From Polymyxa betae A26-41 (taxonomy: Eukaryota > Protista > Endomyxa: Phytomyxea), in contig RBZT01000281.1 of assembly GCA_003693705.1 (NCBI GenBank), positions 1 through 56,464 of the forward strand: a DNA stretch of 56,464 bases, given 5' to 3'. Below are positions 48,948 through 56,464 of the stretch, piece by piece (position 1 is the first letter of the stretch; the number at the start of each line of letters is the position of its first letter). Below the pieces are notes generated by a model. It searched no databases and was not told where the DNA came from. It saw only the letters and a program-made list of their open reading frames with translations. Both the position numbers and the translations under genes were made by a program.

Positions 48948-51900
48948 TTAAGATCTTTGATTATTCTCTGAATTATTTCGCTTTGGACCATTCCTTTTCT
49001 TCATGATGCTCTCCTCTTTGTAGATATTCATTCCTTTCAGAAGCCGATCGATCACGATTTTTAAGTGTTTTCGTAACTTTTTGGTATCTGTAGGGATTGA
49101 CAAATCCGATGTTAGCTGGATCGGTTGCGATTTGTCCTCTTTCGCAAGTGTCGTTGACAGCAAAAATGCAATTCCAGCATCTAACCGTTCTTCGAAGCCT
49201 TGATCGATACCATCGTCCAAAATGGGATTAAAATAAGCCCGAAGGCAGGTTGCATTGTCATTATCCATTTGGCAGATTTCCACCAGCAGATTCGAGATTA
49301 GCGACAGGCAACAGGAAATGTCATGCCCAGTCTTTTTGACATTTTCTTCAAGATTTCGGGTTGAATCAGCAATTTTGATCAAATCGTCCAATGTCTCCCT
49401 CAAAAGCAGGTCGAGCTAATCAACTCTCAGTCTAAATTTGATGCATAGGGAAATGGACGTACATTGGATAGTGATGAAGGAGTTGCGTCTCGGAAGCGAG
49501 ATAAGAGTCGTTTTTGAATTGCTCTAAGCTGCTGAGAGAGTTTGTCCATTCTAACTGAATTCTCACTGATGACATTGCGCGATTTCAAATGGGAATCAAC
49601 CAAAGTCCAAAATTCTTCCAAAGGCAGGTCGCCATCAAGAGAAATTCTTAAAGGACCATTAGATTTATTGCACTGGGACTGTGTTCCTTCAGGTTAGATA
49701 GGGGTCGATACCGCAAACGCGAGCGTTACCTGAAGTTCTCCATCTAAACTCCAATACCAACGTAATCGGGTGATCAGTTCCGTCGTCAGCAACGACAATC
49801 CGCAAAATTCGCTTGATTGAATACGGTAACGGCCTGAACCGAATAAACAACCGAATTGCTAAAGGATACATATATTTGACCTGCATTCTTGGACAGAATA
49901 ATTGTGCAGTCGGTGCTTCTGCAATGATACCTCACGCTGATTACGTTGGGGTTGTCAGAGGAATCCAGAAAAGTAAAGAGCTCCTTTAAAGATCCGGGAG
50001 CGGGACGATTTGTATCTATCGTTAGCTAAACTTATTTACTTTAAGATGATGGAGGATAAAAACAGAAACTTACAAAGCACTGCGAATTTCTAATAGGAGG
50101 TACAATATTTCCAAGCATCTGGAATGGCAAAGGAATCACAACAAACGAAACACGTAGCTGATTTTCGCTATTGCTAAATGAAGCCGAAACCTATCATCAG
50201 TTATTTTTAACACTTTATGCTTAAGGCAAAGCTCTTACTTTTATATTCTGCTCAACAGGCAAAATCGATTTGCTAGCAAAAATCCTGATCTGCAATTGAG
50301 AGGACTTGCAACCGGTTCTGCCTGCATAATTAATTTAGAAGTAATGATAAAAAGAAACCTTATCCATACCAAAATCCTTTATGCATAGTGTGTTGGTCTC
50401 AACGATAAATCCTGGTCCTGGATTAATGCAGACAAAGAGCGAATCGATCGGATCGTCTCTTTCATAACAGATCCTCAAGTTTACTAAAGCGCAGATGGGA
50501 GAGCCAGTCGAATCTATCGCGATGTCGTTGCCTGGCTGCATAGCGAAAGCAGATTTCGACATTAAACTATCCATTTTAACCTTGTGCTCGAATGAGAAGA
50601 TCGGTCTGTTCTCAGGCTCAACGACTCCTTCTAAAAATAATGTAATTAACAAAGATTTGCATAACCGTCTGACGCGTACGGTTTTGCATCTGACGAATCT
50701 GTTTTTGGAGATTTCGATATTGTTCGGTAACGGCGCTGTAATTCATATCATCAGAGTTAACAGGGGGCCGGGCTATTGTTGATGGATCCTAGGCGACGGT
50801 CAAGGTTGCAATAAAGACGTTTGTAGAGCGTACTGTGCCCAGATAGCAGATTTGAATTTCGCCGGATTGAAACATGACGGCAATCATTCCGGGAATGGAG
50901 CCCATCGTTGTAACCGCAATTGAAATCGGGACAGCTTTGACCCTGGCCGTCCATAACAGCTGCGTGTCACGAAATACCATCAATATCTTCTGATGAGTCC
51001 CAATAATGATATTCCTCCTTGCCCCAACTACCCATAGAAATTTGGTCTAGCTACCCAGCAAAAGCACAGTGTAACAACCTTCATTTGACGATCCCGGAAT
51101 GTATGAAGTTACACATGAAGGATTCACTTCTGAAAGCGTTTTCGACATCGAGATTTCGCCCTGAAACAAAACCTGAGTCGTTGATTATTTAACAAGGTTG
51201 ATCTCACCAACCTGAGATTTCAATGCTATCAGTGATTTTTCACCGATGATAATGATGTCAGAATGTGAAGGTCCAGACAGCTCAGTGAGCCGAGCAATCA
51301 AGATATCGACCGCATGTTGGCCAATATGACAGCCCCAGGTTCTTTGAAGCTGTTGTGACCCGGGGCTTTTCGAATTGAAAGCATGAGCGGATCCCAGAGC
51401 TTGATAGCTTATTTTCAGTTTAGCCATTGAAGAGCGAACACTACGTTCGCTACCTGTATGATTCGCAAGTCATCTCCGAGTTCACGAACACGAAGCTGTC
51501 CGATCGTGAGACGTATGCGAATGGAATTGGAAGAAGGATATTCGGCAAGGCGCACGAGAAGGAGACTGCATTCTGCTCGAAGAACGACAACCTGCCATCC
51601 ATTGACTGGACGCAGATCGAGTCCTTATCTGCAAATGGCGATTTATACCATCAACCGCAAAGAACGCGTTTTCGTACTGACCATAACCACCAAATTGCCC
51701 ATAGACAAAGCTATGAGCTGGCGCTTCCAGCATATGCTCATACTGCAGCTGTAGGCTGTAATACCGGGAGCCTTGGCCGAACCCGCCAACAGGTATCACT
51801 TCGTAAACGACCAGCGATCTCAGATGTAAAATCGCCAATGCCAGCCCAGATTTAATTCTATTTGAGTATATTTAGTTTCTATTCACCTATGTCCTCAATC

Positions 51901-52168
51901 CATACGATAGAAACTGTCCCGCCGAGATTTGTAATATAGGCTTGCCCATATCCATCTCAGCGACCAGATCTTCAATTCTATAATCGCGTTGTGTCGGGCA
52001 ATAGATACGAACGCGCCCGTCCAACGTTCCGACCACAATCTTATCCTGGACCGGGACCTGGTTGTCGACATTCGCCACGACCATGGCTCGCCGGCTGACG
52101 CGCATGGCGTCGTCGCCGGCACCATCGGGGGCGACCGTCCACCATTCCCTGGCCTCGAACAGCGACAT
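48948..52168 (-). CDS. BBS9: BBSome core subunit BBS9/PTHB1 (multi-exon)
   Basis: MSLFEAREWW, DKIVVGTLDGRVRIYCP, LAILHLRSLVVY, ICVQSMDG, LLWTAR, YLGTDP and QQLRAIQKRLLSRFRD. Confidence 0.95.
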
Positions 52169-52198
52169 TTAATTCATAATGGGAGATAAGAGACTATG

Positions 52199-52616
52199 GC
52201 AGGGCGGGCTGCTGCTCAAAGAGGCGGCCTCTCTGCCCCCAAGACTGGGCCCCATCACCCCATGACTAACGACATGTCCCGGGTGAGGCCGCTCTGCTCA
52301 ACCACTGGATGACACAATGTGTTCCGAGTGCAGCGCGACCTTCGCTCGATCTCGATCAGCATCTGGGGTTCTCCGTGACCCCATCGCCGTTCCAAAGTCA
52401 TTGCAGTGCAGGGCGGGCTGCTGCTCAAAGAGGGCGGCCTCTTCCCAATACTGGGTCCCATCACCCCATGATTGACGACATGTCCCGCGTGAAGGCCACT
52501 CTGCTCAACCACTGGATGCCACGACGTGTCCCGAGTGCAGCGCGACCTTCGCTCGATCTCGATCAGCATCTGAGGTTCTCCGTGACCCCATCGCCCCTTC
52601 CAAAGTCATTTCAGGT
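52199..52616. repeat. ~209-bp GC-rich tandem repeat, two diverged copies
   Basis: Units start gcagggcgggctgctgctcaaagag at 52199 and 52408 and end ...ttccaaagtcatt(g/t)cag. Confidence 0.9.
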
Positions 52617-53625
52617 TTTTATATAAAAAATTATACACGTCTTTGATACGATGCAGCGGGCTCTTATGATACGGGAATAGTCTGAAACATTTGACCTCAC
52701 CAATATGCACCGTGGGCAGGTTCTGGCGGACCATCGTCTCCAGGCATTGCTGCGTGCCGGCGTTCGACGGCATACAGCCCAGCTCGACCATGATGGCGAT
52801 CGGGATCGCCGGCGCCATTCGCGTGATCAACTGCAGGCGCAGGAGGATGAAGTTCAGCAGGCGCGCCCGATCCGACAGCGAATGGACGGCGATGATGGCG
52901 GCGAGGGCGTCGCGGCGCCCGTCCCCAAACAAGGCGTGCGTCCCCGTGCGGATATCGGCGTGATACTGCCAGGGCGTCTCGTGGATGCGGACGATGCGGA
53001 CGCGGCGTATGCTGGCTCGGCATGAGAGCAAGACCCAGCAATAGCTGATGGCTGACCAGGAGAGACGGAAGCGTCGCCGAATCGTCGAGCGCCGATCGAG
53101 GTATTCGTGGTCGAGAATCTCGACGCACCCGGGGCCGTATTCGAAAGCCCACGACGGCCATTGACGAACGACGGCCCCGGGATGGTACAGGTTCTGCAGG
53201 TCGTCTCCAGGGTCGTTCAGCTCGAACACGATCAGATCGACCTGGTGCATGGAATCCGAGATGATCACCTGTGGGGAATAAACCCTAAACCCTAGTCCAG
53301 AGCAGCAATCGACCGGCCAGCACTTACCATTGGCCAGATCAGGACGGCGGCGGCGGAATCTCGGTCGTCGTCGTTCGAGACGGGATGGTGACTGGGCTGG
53401 GCGTACCGGCCCAGCAGCTGCCGAACGACCGCGGACGCAGCCACGCCCGCCCAGTCGGCCCACAGGCAGCGCCCGCACCACGACGTTCATCTGTTTTGTG
53501 TGCGACGAGACTTTATTCATGCCGACGAAGACTGAAACGGAACCTGGTCGTACCGGCCCGCCCCGCCCCGGCCATCGGTTGATAGAGATTTCATCATCAA
53601 CGTCGAGGATGGTGCGCCTTCCCAC
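52606..53625 (-). CDS. GC-rich hypothetical protein (spliced; intron ~53269-53327)
   Basis: Long ORF with a coding-like segment LIVFELNDPG...NLPTVHIGE and a GTAAGT...CAG intron. No family recognised. Confidence 0.4.
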   Translation of the reverse strand: MGRRTILDVDDEISINRWPGRGGPVRPGSVSVFVGMNKVSSHTKQMNVVVRALPVGRLGGRGCVRGRSAAAGPVRPAQSPSRLERRRPRFRRRRPDLANGKCWPVDCCSGLGFRVYSPQVIISDSMHQVDLIVFELNDPGDDLQNLYHPGAVVRQWPSWAFEYGPGCVEILDHEYLDRRSTIRRRFRLSWSAISYCWVLLSCRASIRRVRIVRIHETPWQYHADIRTGTHALFGDGRRDALAAIIAVHSLSDRARLLNFILLRLQLITRMAPAIPIAIMVELGCMPSNAGTQQCLETMVRQNLPTVHIGEVKCFRLFPYHKSPLHRIKDVYNFLYKNLK

Positions 53626-54668
53626 GATGGACGGCCTCTATGAGGTCGGGAGGGCGTCGGCCTGGGCGGCGTTCTGGCCGATCGTCGCGGCGCCTTCTGC
53701 AGCCCAGCCTGCGACGCGACCTTGAGACAAGCTGTACTATCTATTGGCTGTATTACGACGGCGGCGGCGTGTTTCGGGAGCCTCACAGCGAGGCGCAGCG
53801 ACCGCATGATACCGTGATAATCAAGCCAGGCGATGTTTTTCCAGCAGCAGTCGGTCGGTGGTAACATGATCGACTACGTGGCCGTTACTGGCCCAACGCC
53901 GAGCCTCGGACGAGGTCCTCGAAATCCTGGAACGCTGCAAGTCCGAGCTCGTCGCGATCAAGGCGCCCCGACGATATCGATGCCGCCATGCGCGACGACA
54001 TCGACCTGCCCGTGTTCCAGGCCAGATTCAGCGACGTCATACTGGCCGATAGCCGAGCGAGTACAACTCCGAGCGGGAGCGCGGCGTGACCACGACGAAA
54101 GTGAGGAACAGCGATTGCGACGTCTTGCAAATTCAGTCGGGGGTCGTTCTGGGGGTGGTCCAGTACGCCCCGCCAAAATGATGCCCGAGTGCTATGTGGC
54201 CGAATAAGCAGCAAGAAACAGATTTCGTTGTCTGGTTGGTTGCATCAATGACAATTATCAAAAATTGGGAAAATAATATCGATGTGTGAAGGATTCATTA
54301 CTGTAATTCCTCCCTTAGAAACATTTTTCATTCTGGCACAGAGAATTGAGGAATAATTTCATGGATTTTATTAGAGGAAGAAACCATCATCCCTTCAGTT
54401 CTGAGTATCATATGACCAGATTTTATTTTCCAGACCAAATATCGAATAGGAATAATTATTTTGGTGATAATTCGGCCGCAAGATGCGAACAAATAATGTA
54501 ACCCAATCAACCATCAAGCCTCTCGAAATTATTCGATTTGGGGTCGTGGATGTGTTTAAAATCACGAACGAAATCTCGCGTAATAGGTAAAAGGTTCACA
54601 AAAAGCGACGCCGTTGGAAATCTGCGATTAATCGGAATCCGAGCACCCACAACTCCCAGTGACATCTC

Positions 54669-54742
54669 AGCCCGTGCCGGGACTCGAACCCGGAGCCTTG
54701 AGATTAAAAGTCCCACGCTCTAACCAATTGAGCTACACGGGC
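54669..54742 (-). tRNA. trnK-UUU: tRNA-Lys (anticodon UUU)
   Basis: GCCCGTG TA GCTC AATTGGTTA GAGC G TGGGA CT TTT AA TCTCA AGGCT CCGGG TTCGAGT CCCGG CACGGGC T folds as a cloverleaf. Confidence 0.97.
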
Positions 54743-54752
54743 GTCTGCTGAC

Positions 54753-54904
54753 TGTTAGCAGATGAGCGCTGTTAGATCAATCTCGAGATATCGATAGCGT
54801 TGACTCACGCTAATTCAACCGGAAGCATTGCCTTCCGCTTGCATACTAAGAAATAAAACACTTCTTCAAACACATTCCAGTTCAAAACCCTCTCCCGTCT
54901 AACA
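54753..54904 (+). mobile_element. Solo LTR (152 bp) with 5-bp TSD CTGAC
   Basis: Termini TGTTAG...CTAACA form a perfect 6-bp IR; internal AATAAA; flanked by CTGAC at 54748-54752 and 54905-54909; 151/152 identical to 56252-56403. Confidence 0.9.
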
Positions 54905-55244
54905 CTGACGATGTCAATTGACGAGCGACAAACGTGTTTACAGGAAACAGATTCGAGGCGGCGAACAACATTGTCACATTGCTCTGTTGCGTTATGGATT
55001 GTAAAATCTAAAATCCTTGACGAAACCGAAACTGAAAACCCTTAAAGTCCAGATATTTGCGCCGATCGCAGATTTGGTAGCAACGTCCACGTCCCTGTCG
55101 TACAGCATCACACAAAATCGGATGAGCAGTGCTCATCACGCGCGCAGCGCTTTAGTATCCAGCTGCCCTTACCTAAGGGGATATCACGCAACCGGGTACA
55201 CCGACATCGATGATGGGAATTATTCAAATTGATCAGACGGCGAT

Positions 55245-56081
55245 ATGGGAGCCTATGCCCCGATCATCATCATCTTCGTCACGTATCAATCGCTGCTGCT
55301 GACGATCTTCGCCTTGTTCGTCTATCGGAAATATGACCCGAAGGCCCGTCTCTGGAACCTCATCAACATGATCATGATCGTCTCGGGCCCGATCGGCATC
55401 TCTTGGTACGCCATGCACCTGGAACCAGCAACACCTGAGACCTGCGCTGTCATCATGATGTTCGGTGCCTCGCTCTACCACGTCGCCTACTTCATGATGA
55501 TGGTAGCGTCCGCGCTGCGCATGTTCGCCCTGAATGACCTGCAGGGGGTCAAGAACAAACGGATTGACGGGGCCATCCTCGGCGCCATCTTACTGGACCA
55601 GATCGTCACCATCATCCTGCACAACACGACGCTGACCCCGATCGTGGATACGAACACCGACCAGTGCGCCATCGTCGTAACCAAACTGTTCGCCTGGGTG
55701 GCGTTCGGCATCCCGGTCGTACTTGACCTCGCCATCGTCGCTCGCCTTTACAAGTACCTCGGGGGGGTCTCGGCTCACCATATCGAACGTCTGCTGCGAG
55801 TCATGATGGGGTTTCTGAGCCTTCACGTCGTTGTTGGAGTCACGTACGTGTGCATCGTGATGTTTGGGCTGGTCCCGTTGACGCCCAGCGTCCGCATCAT
55901 ACTGGTCAGCGTACAACTGATCTCCGGCTACACGTCCATGACGTTGCCGCATATCGTCGTGCAGATGTGGCGAAGTTGCGGCTGGTTGCAGAGCAGTAAG
56001 ATGACGGGGAAGAGGACCAACACGGCCGGGTCGAAACCGCTCGCCACCAACACGAAAACGACTGCCGAAGGAAGAGTTTGA
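55245..56081 (+). CDS. Seven-transmembrane GPCR-like protein, intronless, 278 aa
   Basis: Seven hydrophobic segments, with Cys at the start of TM3 (ETC) and in ECL2 (DQC). Confidence 0.75.
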   Translation: MGAYAPIIIIFVTYQSLLLTIFALFVYRKYDPKARLWNLINMIMIVSGPIGISWYAMHLEPATPETCAVIMMFGASLYHVAYFMMMVASALRMFALNDLQGVKNKRIDGAILGAILLDQIVTIILHNTTLTPIVDTNTDQCAIVVTKLFAWVAFGIPVVLDLAIVARLYKYLGGVSAHHIERLLRVMMGFLSLHVVVGVTYVCIVMFGLVPLTPSVRIILVSVQLISGYTSMTLPHIVVQMWRSCGWLQSSKMTGKRTNTAGSKPLATNTKTTAEGRV

Positions 56082-56166
56082 GCTTGACACCACTCGTGTC
56101 GCTTGTAAATAAACTAGCAAATCCGTCAAATTGATAAAAATTGAGCAGCACCAACCCACGGTTGAT

Positions 56167-56240
56167 AGCCCGTGCCGGGACTCGAACCCGGAGCCTTGAG
56201 ATTAAAAGTCCCACGCTCTAACCAATTGAGCTACACGGGC
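56167..56240 (-). tRNA. trnK-UUU: tRNA-Lys (anticodon UUU), identical second copy
   Basis: Same 74-nt sequence as 54669-54742. Confidence 0.97.
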
Positions 56241-56251
56241 TGCTCGATATC

Positions 56252-56464
56252 TGTTAGCAGATGAGCGCTGTTAGATCAATCTCGAGATATCGATAGCGTT
56301 GACTCACGCTAATTCAACCGGAAGCATTGCCTTCCGCTTGCGTACTAAGAAATAAAACACTTCTTCAAACACATTCCAGTTCAAAACCCTCTCCCGTCTA
56401 ACAGATTAAGAGTCCCACTTGCCTCTATTTATAGCTGCGTGGAGTTTCGCTGCACAGACTAGCG
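56252..56464 (+). mobile_element. 5' LTR (56252-56403), half-tRNA-Lys primer-binding site (56404-56418) and start of the internal region of a copia-like retrotransposon, truncated by the window end
   Basis: Same TG...CA LTR, but flanks do not match (ATATC vs GATTA). The next 15 nt, GATTAAGAGTCCCAC, are the reverse complement of tRNA-Lys nt 26-40. Confidence 0.85.

Noticed and set aside
32250-52168. Functional cluster of flagellar genes (CatSper, AK8-like, BBS9)
   Set aside because: Interspersed with unrelated housekeeping genes; compatible with chance in a compact flagellate genome.
54507-54716. ORFs starting MGLLISRLRVRVPARA (also 55906-56214)
   Set aside because: They are translations of the tRNA genes.
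54669-56403. Prophage or genomic-island att sites at tRNA-Lys, or a simple segmental duplication
   Set aside because: No integrase, and the spacers and tRNA 3' flanks differ. TG...CA termini, a TSD and a PBS fit independent LTR insertions better.

Overview
Gene-dense eukaryotic nuclear DNA with many short (~45-60 nt) GT-AG introns. Flagellar genes (BBS9, CatSper4-like, AK8-like), a chitin synthase, 7TM/7TM-RGS receptors and effector-like genes point to a zoosporic, chitin-walled protist, most plausibly a plasmodiophorid such as Spongospora or Polymyxa. That taxonomy is an inference, not a database result. Housekeeping genes include NUP93, OTUB1, CBF5, RPB3, NT5DC, a rhomboid, actin, COA3-like, FIBP and MFAP1. 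There is also a U2 snRNA and two tRNA-Lys(UUU) genes. The 10-20 kb block is accessory: a tandemly duplicated orphan gene, decayed Harbinger, MULE and Tc1-like transposases, a kinase pseudogene and a candidate secreted effector. The most striking observation is at the right end. A 152-bp TG...CA LTR sits 10 and 11 bp upstream of each tRNA-Lys gene. One copy is a solo LTR with a 5-bp TSD. The other is followed by a primer-binding site complementary to the tRNA-Lys anticodon arm. This suggests a copia-like retrotransposon that is primed by a half tRNA-Lys and inserts at a fixed position next to tRNA genes. Boundaries of multi-exon genes were placed by eye and are approximate.
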